Shown: positions 23,802-36,824 of the stretch, piece by piece
How the letters are laid out: each line of letters starts with the position of its first letter
Position numbering within the stretch: the first letter of the stretch is position 1
Assembly (NCBI GenBank): GCA_051313645.2
Contig: JBNRSN020000014.1
Location: 103,230,001 to 103,294,000, forward strand
Direction of reading: 5' to 3'
DNA length: 64,000 nucleotides
Source: Centroscyllium fabricii
Lineage: Eukaryota
The notes under the pieces: generated by a model
Database searches by the model: none
What the model was told of the DNA's origin: nothing
What the model saw: the letters and a program-made list of their open reading frames with translations, nothing else
Program-made: the position numbers and the translations under genes

Positions 23802-25246
23802 TCCTCTTTTAAAAGAAAAATGTTATGCATTACCTTTAAACCTTTCTTCTACATCATGTTCTCGATAGCATAAACATGTAAGTAAACTCAGCATTTAACT
23901 TGCATTGAAAACATCTCAATGTTTCAATAAAGATATGCAGGTTTTTTTTTAGGGTAGCGATCCGCCTACACCCTTTAACATTTCCCAAGTCAAAGATAAC
24001 TCTAGGCTTGACCTCTCATCTCGACCCTGTGTGGTATGAAACTGAGCATGCTCCTGAATCGGTCAACAATTCAGGTTCAGGTAAGTATGATGTGTTTTGT
24101 GTATTGCTCTGTTCATCACACTCTGTTGAACTGATCCTCTCGTCGGAATGATGGTGTTGTTCCTTGGTGTTCAGGAGGTGCCTGCGATTGTGACGGTACA
24201 CCTGTCCTTCTGGGGTGCGGACGTGATATGATCGCTAAGTGTCAGCTGGCTGGATGAGGATTGCTGGTTTCCAGTAGTCATGCTCCTGGATTCTGACGGA
24301 TTCTCCATTATGCAGCGGCAGCAGTAGTCTAGCTGACCTGTCATAGTATCTCTTTTGGTATTGCTGTCTCTGTACATGTTTTGCATGCACTTGCTTGCAG
24401 CTGACGACCTCTGGCTGCAGCTGCTGGTTGGTGCTTGGAAGGATTGAGCGAAGTCTTCAGCTCATCAACAGCTGTGCTGGTGACTTGAATTTGTCAACCG
24501 GCGTGTTGCGGTACTCGAGGAGACTTATGTAGGGGACGCTTTTGTCTGTTTTGGCTTTGTCCATGAGTGTTTTTGCAATCTGGACAGTTTTTTCAGCAAG
24601 GCCAATACTTTGAGGGTAATGTGGGCTTGATGTGACATTTGTGAAATCCCATGCCTTGGCAAATGACTCGAACTCTTTTGATTTGTATTGGGGCCCATTG
24701 TCTGAGACTAAACTCTCTACCATGCCATGCCTGGCAAAGGCTGCCTTTAGCCTGTGGATCACAGCTGCAGATGTGGTGCTGTGAAGCTTGTCTAGTTCAA
24801 AAGATCTACTGTAGTAATCAACAGTCACTATGTAGTCCTCATTGTTCCATGTGAACAGATCCATTGCCGCGACCTGCCAGGGCTTGTCTGGGATACGGTG
24901 AGGTATCATGGGCTCTTTGACATTTGATGGGTGGCATTCTAGACAAATGGAACATTTTTCGACAATGTCCTCAATGTGTTTGCACATTCTAGGCCAAGAC
25001 ATAATGTCAGGTGCTCTTTGTTTGCATTTTTCCATGCCCATATGTCCAGCATGAATTTTTGTCAACATCTCTTCTCTGAAACTGTTAGGAATGATGATTT
25101 TCTCCCCTTTGAAGATGCTTCTGGTTTTTTTTATCCATTGATGGGATGTGGGCGTCGCTGGCTGGCTAGGCCTGCATTTAGTGCCCATCCCTAATTGCCC
25201 TTGAGAAGATGGTGGTGAGCCACCTTCTTGAACCGCTGCAGTCCAT

Positions 25247-25519
25247 ATAGAAACATAGAAACATAGAAGATAGGAGCAGGAGTAGGCCATTCGGCCCTTC
25301 GAGCCCACTCCGCCATTCAATGAGATCATGGCTGATCATCTAAACCCAGTACCCTGTCCCTGCCTTGTCCCCATATCCCTCGATCCCTATCGAGCCTGCA
25401 CCGACACATATCCCACCCTATCCCCGTAACCCTACATATTTAATCCCCCTAACACTAAGGGTCAATTTATCATGGCCAATCAACCTAACCCGCACATCTT
25501 TGGACCGTGGGAGGAAACC
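25247..25519 (-). mobile_element. HE1-like SINE 3' portion (5'-truncated) forming the 3' end of the METTL6 insert
   Basis: Near-identical to the 3' two-thirds of the SINE at 47264-47674; (TCTATGTT)n tail. Confidence 0.9.
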
Positions 25520-25795
25520 ATTCAATCAATGCTGCCCCGATTCAGCCTCTGGGAAGCCTCGACAGCAGCCCTGGAGCTCCTCTCCCCCTCAACTTTCCTT
25601 CACCCATGTGGAGACACACAGAACCTCTGTTCAGCAACCCTCATACAAGCAGCAGCACAGCCAAGATCTCCAACTCATCCCTAGCTCCTGCTGCAGATGT
25701 CCAAGACACCATTCACAGCACAGCTTTGGCACAGGGCTAGGAGTAGGTTACTCTGCCTGCTCTCTCTGCCACGGTACTACACACTGCAAGGCAAT

Positions 25796-26806
25796 CTAGA
25801 GATAAATGTCAAGACAGTATATCTTATTGTAAAAAAAAGAGCAGCAGTAACAGTTCAACAGGTTAAAATATTCTGTTTCTCTCTTTGACTTCTTAAACTT
25901 GCATTGAAGAAAAGCTCTTGGAACACACAGACCTTCTTTCTTATTAACAGTTTCACGGAACACATATTCATTGACCAGCACCTCATACCCAGCAGTCGTC
26001 AGGAGCTGTGCCATGTAGTCATCGGAAAAGAAGAAGGATCTTGTTCCGTCTTGCCGAACATAAACATTTGGTCCAAGCTTATGGCCAGTTTTAAATCGGA
26101 GCATGGTGTGATCATACAGTCCGTAATCTCTGAATAGGATACATCCACCCGGTTTCAGTATTTTATAGATATTTTCTAAGGCCAGCTGCATCTTGTCAGG
26201 ATGAATGGCAGAGAGCACAAAGATCAGTGTTACAACATCCACGGAGTCAGCTGGCACATGCTCCAGTAAATCGTCTTTTGTCAGGTCGCACTGAAAGGCC
26301 TTGCATCGCTCAGTGTTATACAGGCGGTTTTGCTTCACAAATTGTACAGCTCGGGGAGAGAAGTCACAAGCATAAATGAAGGCATTCAGATCGTCCTCTA
26401 ATAGAGGGAATAAACAGTTCCCAACTCCACAGCCAGCTTCCAAGACAATCAGTTTTTGATTCTCAAATTCTCGACATGCTTTCAGCTCTTCAAATTCCCT
26501 GGTTGTTCAATGCCTATCTTTGTAGAAGTTGGTGCTGTTCCTTTGGTAAAATAAATCCCAGTTCCTCTGCGCCTCTCTTTCGAGCTTCTGTTGTTTAAAA
26601 TCAGACACTAAGCTCCGATCTTTTACGAGTTTTTCTGCTTCTTCAGGGGTAAGAATCCTTCCCTTGTCCCCAGTCACTTGAAAAGGCGGTTCTGATCTGG
26701 AAGGTGTTACAGTTACTACCTTATTGCTTAAAGTACAATTGTTTACCCCTTCTGTTCGGCAGGTTTGGGTAGCACAAGAACCATTTGCTTCCATATCATC
26801 TCCCAT
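25796..26806 (-). pseudogene. METTL6: Processed pseudogene of tRNA m3C methyltransferase METTL6
   Basis: Intronless; KLEREAQRNWDLFY..KDRH*TTREFEEL, LEAGCGVGN, ACDFSPRA, FRDYGLYD, YVRQDGTRS; ORFs 26507-26806 and 25796-26443 are in frame across one TGA. Confidence 0.93.
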
Positions 26807-29800
26807 TGTGTTTGCAATATTCCAGATGGTTCAGCGTCCCGGCCCGGCCCGGCTCATGTAGGTACACCTATAATGTTGTTAGGAAGGGAGTTCCAGGATT
26901 TTGGCCCAGCGACAGTGAAGGAGCTGCGATACAGGTCCAAGTCAGGATGGTGTGGGGCTTGGAGGGGAACTTGTAGGTGGTGCTGTTCCCATGTGTCTGC
27001 TGCCCTTGTCCTTCTAAGTGGTAGAGGTCGCGGGTTTGGAAGGTGCTGTTGAAGGAGCTTTGGCGAGTTGCTGCAGTGCATCTTGTAGATGGTACACACT
27101 GCAGCCACAGTGCGCCGGTGGTGGAGGGAGTGAATGTTGAAGGTGGTGGATGGGGTGCCAATCAAGCGACCTGCTTTATCCTGAATGGTGTCGAGCTTCT
27201 TGAGTGTTGTTGGAGCTGCACTCATCCAGGCAAGTGGAGAGTATTCCATCACACTCCTGACTTGTGCCTTGTAGATGGTGGAAAGACTTCGGGGAGTCAG
27301 GAGGTGAGACACTCGCCGCAGAATTCCCAGCCTCTGGCCTGCTCTTGTAGCCACAGTATTTATATGGCTGGTCCAGTTCAGTTTCTGATCAATGGTAACC
27401 CCCAGGATGTTGATAGTGGGGGATTCAGCGATGATAATGCCACTGAATGTCAAGACGAGATGGTTAGAGTCTCGCTTGTTGGAGATGGACATTGCCTGGC
27501 ACTTGTATGGTGCGAATGTTACTTGCCACTTGTCAGCCCAAGTCTGAATGTTGTCCAGGTCTTGCTGCATATGGACACGGACTGTTGATTTGTGACGGTT
27601 TGTCTCTGTGGTTCCAGAATTTAAATATGCCCTGAGGGCATTTCTTCCTTTCCTCAGACCATCCTTCATGTATGACTTTGCTCAGTAGTGTGAGTAGTGC
27701 ATCTTTTTCTGTTCCTGCTCGGATCTCCTTCAGTTTTGCGTCACTCACAGGTCCGCCGTTGTACACGATGTGCACCTGCACATCCATGCCTTCACTGAGG
27801 CTGCTGTCCTGGTAGCTAAGAGACTTTCTGGAGTGCGTGTCTGTGACAGGAATGTCTTTGCCTGGACAGTGAATGATTGTGAAGTCGTACTTCTGTAGCT
27901 GAGGTATCATTTTCTGAAGACTTGGTGGGGCTGCGGCTAGTGGTTTCCTCATGATTGACTCGAGGGGCTTGTGGTCAGATTCCACAATGACTTGTCGGCC
28001 ATAGACATACTGGTGGAAACGCTTACACCCAATCAGAATTGCATATAGCTTTTTCTTGATTTGAGCATAGTTGATTTCACTGTCTGTGAGAGATCTGGAA
28101 GAGTAGCCGATGGGCTTTCCTTCTTGCAGTAATACTGTGCCTAGTCCGTACTTTGACGCGTCCACTTGTAAACTGAGCTCTTTGTTGGGGTCGAAGTAGG
28201 CAAGAACTGGTCCTGGTTCTCTGGTGATTAGGTCTTTCATTTTCTGAAATGCTGTGTCATGTTTGTCCCACAGGAACTCATTGGATTGTTTGAGCAACTG
28301 ACGCATGGGTGCGTTGATTTTGGAGAGGCTCGGGGCAAACTTGGCTAAGTAGTTAACCATGCCTAGTACTGTCTCTAGCTCTGCATGGTTCTTCGGTGGC
28401 TCCCTCTTCTTGATGGCGGAGATTTTCTCTGGATCCGGCTTAATGCCATCAGTTGAGAGGCAATGCCCAAAATAACTGATCTCAGTGGATCTGATTATGT
28501 CTTTCTCAGGGTTGAGCTAGATGCCTTTCTCCCGTGATCTTTGTAGCATCACACAGAGGTTCCTATCATGTTCCTCTCTATTCCTGCCATAGATGAGGAT
28601 GCCATCTACGATTGTGACTACTCCCTCGAGGCCTTCATATGTTTCATCGATCTTCCGCTGGAATTCATCCTGAGCTGAGGTAAGACCAAATGGTAAACGC
28701 AGAATTCGGCAGTGTCCAAATGGTGTGTTGAATGTTGTTAGCTTAGATGACTCATCCGTGAGCTTGATAATCCAGTATCCTGATCGTGCGTCCATTACAC
28801 TGAAGTAACGTGCTCGCACTAGCTTGGGTGTGATGTCATCTAGAATTACTAGAGGGTAGTGAGGGCATTTGATAGCCTTGTTCAAATCTCTGGGGTCGAG
28901 ACAGACTCTGAGCTTGCCTGTACATAGTTTTTCAACCACTACTACCGTGCTGACCCACTCTGTCGATTCTGTTTCCCGGACGATGATTTCTGCATTTTCC
29001 ATGCTCTGCAGCTCCTCCTTCAGACGACTACATAGAACAAGGGGTATCCTTCTTGGTGGGCAAACCACAGGGGCTGCTGTTGAGTCAAGGTGACTAGTGC
29101 ATTCACCTGGGAATAGTCCGATTCCTTTGAAACATCAGCAAACTCCTCCATGACTGTCTGCTTCTCAACTGGTGCTGTCAATTATAGCACTAGCTTGATG
29201 AGGTCCATGTCTAAACATGCCTTTAGACCTAGCACTGGAGGTGCTTGAGTGTCAACAATGTATAAGTCCAATATCATGTCATTTTCTTTGTACTTGCATT
29301 TCAACACGCATGTGGCTTTTACAATGAGCTGCTCACCCCCATAGCTGGTTAGTCTGCATGAGGTGGGCTGTAGCTCACACTCATCCTTCAAGCTGTGATA
29401 CTCACTCAGAGGAATTACATCAACCTGAGCACCAGTGTCTAGTTTAAACTTAAGCTTTGTGCCCTGATTTCCTATCTCAATATCTGCAAAGGCTTGCTCA
29501 GTCTCTGAAATCTGTTTTTTTCTGTGACACAGAATCAATAAACAGTTCCTCTGCATTTGGCTCTCTATCTGGCATTTGGCTGTCACTCACTGTGTGTACT
29601 GCTTTTCCAAAAATAGTCCTGCAAACTTTCGCAAAGTGGTTCCGATTACCACATTTAGCACATAGCCTTCCTTTGGCAGGGCATTTCTCCTTTTCCCCAT
29701 GCACCTTGTTTCCACAATATCCACAGTTTTTGAAGTGTTTTATGACTGTGTCACTCATTTTTAGAACTCTCTCTGTTCTTTCTGTTCTGAAATACGCTCT

Positions 29801-30432
29801 CTGTGTGGTGTTCTTTGGTGTATGTCTATTAACTGCGTGCACTGTCTGTTCACACGAGCTACTCATGGCGCCGGTTATGGTTTTCAACTGTGCTTGGGCT
29901 ATCTCGTGCGATCTCGCTATGTCCATAGCTTTGTCCAGCATTGGCCCGGACCCAACATTCAAATGTTTCTCTCTCACTTGAGCTGAATGTATTCCAAACA
30001 CGATGCAGTCTCTGACCATTTCATCTTTATCTGCATATTCACAGTCTTTTCCCAGCAGTTTTAACTCAGTCACAAACTATTCAAACGACTCACTAGCTTC
30101 TTGTACTTTCTCCTGAAACTTGTACCTAGTGAATATCGTATTTGTCTTGGGCATCATATATGATTCAAAATGGTCAAAATAACTTTTCAGTACCTTTGCT
30201 TCATCCGCGGTGAGAGACCATGTGTTAAAAATGTCTCTCACTTTTTCTCCGATCCACAGGAATAGGCAGTTGCATCTTTCATCCTCCCCTTTGCTTTTCA
30301 GCGGACCCGAGAACATCAACTCCATGTGTTGCTTGAACTTGCGCCATTCTCCAGTTAAGTACAATGATTCCCAATCCTTTTGTGACAAGGGAGATTCAGC
30401 GATGTCTATTTTCAATCTCTTTTTTGACACCA

Positions 30433-30713
30433 TGTCTTGTTTTGCACACTTTGTACAAAAATAATAAATTGCAGGACAACGTAGGATTACAGTTTAACTC
30501 TTTTATTCAGAAGTAGGTCTGTGATCTTACTCCTCGCAGCACCACTGGGGAAAGCATGGTATTAGGACCCCTATCCTGGGTCTTCAAAACAATAGCAGTC
30601 CTTACAGATGCCTGCAGGCCAATGACAACTCAGCATGTGATCACATGTGAATATAATAGGTATTCCTTACAAATGCCTGCGGGCCAATGATAATTCAATG
30701 TGCAAATGTTACA
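30433..30713 (-). repeat. 5' LTR of Gypsy C
   Basis: Direct repeat of 23521-23801; followed on the minus strand by the PBS. Confidence 0.95.
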
Positions 30714-31200
30714 AGTAGGACAGATGGGAGGTGGAGGGGGTGGGAAGGATGAGGGGGGAGAAGTGAGGAGAGAGTTCGGGAAGAATAAGGGGGGCCGGGG
30801 AAAGGGAGGGGAGGATCGGGAGGGAGGAGGAGAGGATAAGAGGAAGAGATACAATGGGGGATATAGGGGGGTGGATGGTGAGAAGGGAAGAAGAAGGAAC
30901 AAAGGAAAAATACTGTTGAGAAGAGGAGGCCATGGTGGAGAGGCATGGGAACAAGGAAGAAGATAGAAGAGGAGGTGCGGAAGAGGGATGGGGATTGGGG
31001 AGGTGGACAGGAAGGGCGGGGGGATGGGAGAGGAAGAGAAGGGAGGGTGAGTGCGAAGAGGTGAGGGGAAAGAGTGAATGGCAATGGGGAAGGGATGGGG
31101 AGATGGATGGGAGAACGTAAGTGGAATGGGAGATTAGGAGAGGGACAAAAGGAAGAGCAGGTGGGGCATGTTTGGATGATTAGTAGTGGGGGGGACACAT
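30714..31200. repeat. GA-rich low-complexity tract
   Basis: Strongly purine-biased plus strand. Confidence 0.85.
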
Positions 31201-31304
31201 TTGAAGCTCTGTGGGGTGATGACTTCCCAGCATATTGGGAGGGGAGTGTTAGAGTGGGCCTGTGTGATTATTCTGCTCAGTCGGGGAACCAGGGTAATTT
31301 CCCC

Positions 31305-31655
31305 GCAAATGTTGCTCGCAATAAGGAGCTCCTGGGTTCAAATCGTGCTTGGCCCGGGACCTCTCTGCGTGGAGTTTGCATGTTCTCCCCGTGTTCATGT
31401 GGGTTTTCTCCGGGTACTCCGGTTTCCTCCCACCACCCAAAGACATGCAGATTAGGTGAATTGGAGATACTAAAATTTGCCCATGAGTATGTGTGTGAAA
31501 TATAGTTCTTAGAGTTGGGGGTGTCGGGGGATATGGGGAGAGGGTAGGAGGGGGATGCTGGGTTTGGATGGTCAGCCATGATCTCATCAAAAATGGCAGA
31601 GCAGGCTCGAAGGGCCGAATGGCCAACTCCTGCTCCTATCTCCTGTGTTTCTGTG
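31305..31655 (+). mobile_element. Diverged HE1-like V-SINE
   Basis: B-box, V core and CR1 tail. Confidence 0.8.
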
Positions 31656-32959
31656 GAGAGGCGGGAGTGTGGACAATACAAAGGGCCCAAAGCTGGTCAT
31701 TAGAAGGCAGCAGTGATGAAAATGCTGTACAGTAAAAGGTGGTAAGGGCTGAAATGGATCGGAGGGAGGTGTGAAAAGCTACTTCGGGCTGGGCGCCTGG
31801 TGCTAAGAGGCTGTTCAGTAATGCGTGGGGGCAGCCGTGCTGCTCACTGGTGGGGGAAACGGAATGCTGGTCTCGGGAGGGAGGGGGGAATAGGCAGGTT
31901 TCCTGCTTGGTGAGAAGGGGGTGTGGCCAAATTGCTGCTGAGTGGGCAGGAGGGATCAGATTGTTTGTCAATGCTGGGCAGGGGTCCCAAAATGCTGCTT
32001 ATATGGAGATTAGTAGGCTGGGTGGGGCACAATGTTGATCAGTGTGAATGGAGGGGTAAACTACTTTGGCCAGGATTGCCAAGAAAAGGTCGGAATTTAC
32101 ACAGCCATTTGGAGATGCAAGTAGGCGTGTAAACTGGCAGCAGAGTGTGTGTGGTGTGGGGTGGGGGCGCCAGCAGAGGTGCAAGTTGGCCACAGGGTGG
32201 GCCTGGATGGAACCAATTTTTTCTCTGCTAAAGGAGGTAAGGGTGAATGATTGCATGCTTGCTCTTATAGTGAGCCTTGGAATCAGGGAATGATCAGTGG
32301 TATTGAGAAGGATGGCTGTATGTAAGCAGTAGCCATCAAGGTGGGGTTTGAGTAATTGCTAGACAACTCTAAGGGGGTAAATTATTTAAAAAGTGTTTTT
32401 ATTTACTTTTACCCCACGATACTTACCTTATTTACTTACCTCTGCTAACATGGCGATTGACTAAGCCGATGGAACTTCAAACGCTTCAGCCTGCTGCAAG
32501 CATTGCTCAGTGGACAGAACCTGCAAGCTCATGTAGGTTCAACCAGCATTTTTATGTTGACCCTCAACATGCTGTGTAGGAGCCGTTGTTTTAACAGCTA
32601 ACGTTATTTACCGTTAACATTAAAAAAAAACTTTATCACAGCACCACCTACAGTTATAACCGGTACTACAGTTAACTGTTGCCAGTTTCAAAATGGGCCG
32701 TAATTTGCGGCCCCTAGGGGTGCGTGCGTGCATGCGTGGTGTGTATGCACCCATCAGATCTAGGCACGAAAACCCGGAACTTGCGATCTGCCAAGAATCT
32801 TCTTGACAGATCCTCCGCAACCCCGGGTAAAGGACACCTGCGGGCGGAGAGTTGAGCTATTTGAGATGCAAAAGTGAAAATTAAGGTCAAAGTGAAAACT
32901 GCCAAAGGAAATAAAAATGAACATTAGCAGAATGTAAATAACTTGCCAGTTGGCAGGCA

Positions 32960-35160
32960 TGGAGTTGATTTTAAAATACAGACCGAAATGGGTGAAAGCT
33001 GGGCAGGAGGTCTACTTAGTGTGGCCGAACTGCTAACATGAGGCACGCACCATTTTGAGGTATATGATTCATTACAAAGCCCGTGTTGCAAACAAAATGT
33101 CTGCTGCCAGAGCCTTGGACATGTTGATGCGAGGAGCTAAACAGGAGGAAGCTGTTATTCCTCTCTAATGGGCATAGAGTGCCCTGTCAAATAGTCCAGC
33201 AACAATGGACAGAGGTAGTAGAGCTCATGAATGCCAGGTATCTGATACCACAGACCTGGCACCAAGATAAGAAGAAATTCAAAAACCTGACCACAGGTGC
33301 TAAGGTTAGCTTTCCAGCATTTTGTTTCATCTCACAATGTTGGAGGCTGGGTAGTGGAAGTTGGGTACTTTAGGTGTAATTTTCCTACTTTGGATAAGGG
33401 AGTTCCAGATTTCTACCACACTTTGTCTGAAAAAGTGCTTCCTAATTATGCTCCGATATGGTCTAGCTCTAATTTTAAGATTGTGCCCTCTCATTCTGAA
33501 TTCTCCACTAGAAGAAAAAGTTGTTTAAAATTTATTCATGGAATGTGGGCATTGCTGGCGAGGCCAACATTTATTGCCCATCACTTATTGCCCATGAGAA
33601 GGTGGTGGTGAGCTGCCTTCTTGAACTGCTGCAGTCCGTGTGGTGAAGGTACTCCTACAGTGCTGTTAGGGAGGGAGTTCAAGGATTTTGACCCAGCGAC
33701 GCTGAAGGATCGGCGATATACTTCCAAGCCAGGATGGTGTGTGAGTTGGGCCTTGCTCTTCCTTGTCATCCTCTGTTTCTTCCAGTTCTTCATGCTTCTC
33801 GACCTCCATATCTTCCTGTGCAGGTAGCTCGATGGGTTGGTCCCTTTGCATGGCAAAGTTGTGGAGCACAACTGCAATCCTGGAGATGCTCTGGGGGCTG
33901 TGGTGCAGGATGCCTGCAGATCTATCCAGGCAGCGGAATCATTGCTTGATGATGCCATGGTTTGCTCTACCAGAGCTCTGGAAGAGTTATGATTTTGATT
34001 ATATCTCATTTTGGCATCTGCACTTGGGTTCCTGACAGATGCCATGAGCCACGCCGACAGGAGATACCCCTTGTCTGCATAGCCAGCCTCTGACCTGATG
34101 GTCTGGATGAAAGAGAGGAGGACTGAGGAGTAGTGCAGGATGATGACATCATGACCGTTAAACCTGCATAATGCACTGCATGACTTCACACACCAGCTGT
34201 ATGTTCAGTGAGTGGAAGCCCTTCCTGTTGACAGATACTCCAGGGTCTTCTGTTGGAACACGCAAGGCTATATGTGTGCAGTTGATGATTCACTATCCCT
34301 GGTAGAAGTATGCCATCTGCCTGTCTTCCTGCTTTGTGGCCGCCATAGGGAAGGAGATGACGTCATTGACTCTGGTGAAGAGCACATCCTTCGCTTGCTT
34401 GATGCATGCATGCACAGCAGATTGACTAATGTTGCTAATGGCACCTGCTAAGGCCTGACATGATCCCAAGGCACATAAATTCAGGGCCACAATTACTGTC
34501 CGAACAGCCAAGGATGAGTGTGTCCTGGTGCTGGGCTGCAGTTGGTGCTGCAGTAGGTGACATCGCTCTGTGGCAGCCTCCCAAGTGAAACAGAGCCTCC
34601 TCACACACTGCTCCTTGCTGAACTGCAGGTTTGAAGAGGGAGATTTTAAATGTCAGTGTGTTTCCAGCAGGAAGCCGCTGGTTTCCGTAATATGTAGCAG
34701 GCCCATTTCCCGTCCATTCCAAGCTGAGCGGGAAATGGGTGGGAAGTGGCTGCCAGCCTGCAGAAATTCGGACGGCCATTGGCTGCTTGCATTTAGGTAA
34801 TTTTGGGGACCAGGGTTCTGTTGGGGGTCGCAGGGGGTGGGGGTGAGATGGAGTCCAGGGCAAAGGAGGCTTAAACCTTGCTTGTAGGACCTACAGGAGC
34901 ACACCTACTCCTGATGGTCCCACAAACAAAAGTAAAACACCTATCTAGAATGGCTTCTTCTGCTCCAAACCTTTGCTCACTTAATTGTACCTGGCGGGAA
35001 AGCTGCCACGGTTTCCCCACTCAGGTGGGAGATAAAATCACAGTCGGACTCGATGGCGTATCCGGATACCAATCTGCATATGTAAAGAAGGACCATCTGC
35101 TCAGCAGAGCAGGTTAAGGTTGAAGACTGTGGGAGTCAGATGGGACATCGGCAGGTAAGC
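32960..35160. mobile_element. Degenerate autonomous-type PIF/Harbinger remnant
   Basis: Plus strand Myb-like QQQWTEVVELMNA..QTWHQDKKKFKNLT (33100-33305); minus strand DDE transposase pieces (ISQSAVH, DKGY, RALVEQT, LHNFAM) at 33745-34650; edges approximate. Confidence 0.75.
33535..33745 (-). mobile_element. LINE family B 3' end
   Basis: Matches the other family B tails. Confidence 0.8.
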
Positions 35161-35874
35161 CAATAAACTGAACTAATTATTGGAAATAATGAAAGGGTTA
35201 TAATAAACCAGGAAATTAGTATAATGAAAGAAATGACCAAATGAAAGGAAAAACATAATGAGTGAGTGAGACCGCAACCCAATGTTCAGGGCCCTAACAC
35301 GTGTGTAAAAATGACCACCCTTATGTTCTAGATGGTAAGCACCCCAAACTGTTAAAAGAGCAAAAGTAGGGTTGTGGCAGAAATTCATTGGATACTGGGG
35401 AAGTGTAAGAAAACTATTAAATAATGAAGGTGATTCTAAACTTTATTAAGGATCAGAAGCATAATTTTTGGAACTAAAGACCATTGTAGTCCAACAGCAA
35501 CACTGGAAAAGTTACTGCAATCTCTTATAAAGAAAGATTAGGTGGTGAAAGTAAAATAAATCAAAACCAACATCGATTAATAAAAAGCTACTTGTTCCCA
35601 GTAAAAGTATTGGAATTGTATAAAGATATAGTGAAGTTGATGCAGAAGTATACGATGGAGTATGTGATAGAATAAAACTTCAAGGAGTTATAAATTGGTT
35701 TCGTGTTGTAGCGCGAAATGGCCAATAGCAAATTGGCCGCCTGTTTTACACTCTGCATGATTTTCTTATCCTTTGTAATCAACGGAAAAGAAAATCGGAA
35801 AAGAAAATCGAATCAAGTGTAAAATGGGCTACCATTTCACTGTTGCCCGTTTTGTGCTACCATCCAAAATAAAT

Positions 35875-36610
35875 GTATACCCGAGGAATACAAGATGAAG
35901 ATGGTAATGCCGTTGAATTTCAAGGAGAGGTGGTTAGACTCTCTCTTGTTGGAGATGGTCATTGCCTGGCACTTGTGTGGCATGGATGTTACTTGCCCAA
36001 GCCTAAATGTTGTCCAGGTCTTGCTGCATCAGGGCACAGACTGCTTCATTATCTGATGAGTTGCAAATGGAACTGAACACTGTGCAATCATCAGCAAACA
36101 GTCCCATTTCTGACCTTATGATGCAGGGAAGATCATTGATGAAGCAGTTAAAGATCATTGGGCCTACAATGCTGCTCTGAGGAATTCCTGTAGCGATGTC
36201 CTTGGGCTGAGATGATTGACCTCCAACAACCACAACCATCTTCCTTTGTGCTAAGTGTGACTCCAGCCTCTGTAGAGTTTTTCCCCAGATTCCAATTAAC
36301 TTCAATTGTATTAGGGCTCCTTGATGCCAGACTCAGTCAAATGCTGCCTTGATGTCCAGCGCAGTCACTCGCACCTCACCTCTGGAATTCAGCTCCATGT
36401 TTGGACCAAACTGTAATGAGGTCTGGAGCCAAGTGGTCCTGGGGGAACCAAACAGAGCATCAGTGAGCAGGTTATTGGTGAGTAAGCGCCACTTGATAGC
36501 GCTGTCGACGACACTTTTCATCACTTGCTGATGATTGAGAGTAGACTGATAGGACTGCAAATGGCTGGGTTGAATTTGTCCTGCGTTTTGTAGACAGGAC
36601 ATATCTGGAG
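35875..36610 (-). mobile_element. LINE family B RT fragment
   Basis: ALDIKAAFD, GIPQSSIVGP, FADD. Confidence 0.85.
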
Positions 36611-36824
36611 ATACACATATACAGTGTTGCATAATTTTTTCCTTACCCTTTTAACAAATTTATACAACTAGAGACAGTAATACATTTGATAATTCACTGA
36701 CAACTGATTACCGACAAATAATTAATCTGAAACACCCTAACTAACAGAACATTCATCTTAAACACCCTAACAAACTATACAGAGTAGCGCATGTTAGCCC
36801 TGCATTCCAAATTGACTGTGCATT

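Larger units (their letters stand above)
25125..27582 (-). mobile_element. CR1-group LINE family B inserted in Gypsy C pol and split by the METTL6 retrocopy
   Basis: RT end 27582-26858; 3' end resumes at 25246 and ends in an A-rich tail; Gypsy pol joins across it (PSQIN|..IFKGEK). Confidence 0.9.
23521..30713 (-). mobile_element. Full-length degenerate Gypsy retrotransposon C (Mag-like) with nested inserts
   Basis: Two 281-bp LTRs, PBS TGGTGTCA, PPT, gag with two CCHC knuckles, PR LDTGA, RT, RNase H, integrase; flanks GGTAG/AGTAG. Confidence 0.95.

Noticed and set aside
24457-25329. 290-aa ORF as a novel fusion gene
   Set aside because: Chance read-through from SINE and LINE tails into Gypsy integrase
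26507-26509. Selenocysteine recoding of the METTL6 TGA
   Set aside because: Position is a conserved Trp one substitution from TGA; no SECIS recognised
30630-31198. Pro/Ser-rich and Gly/Arg-rich ORFs
   Set aside because: Low-complexity purine tract
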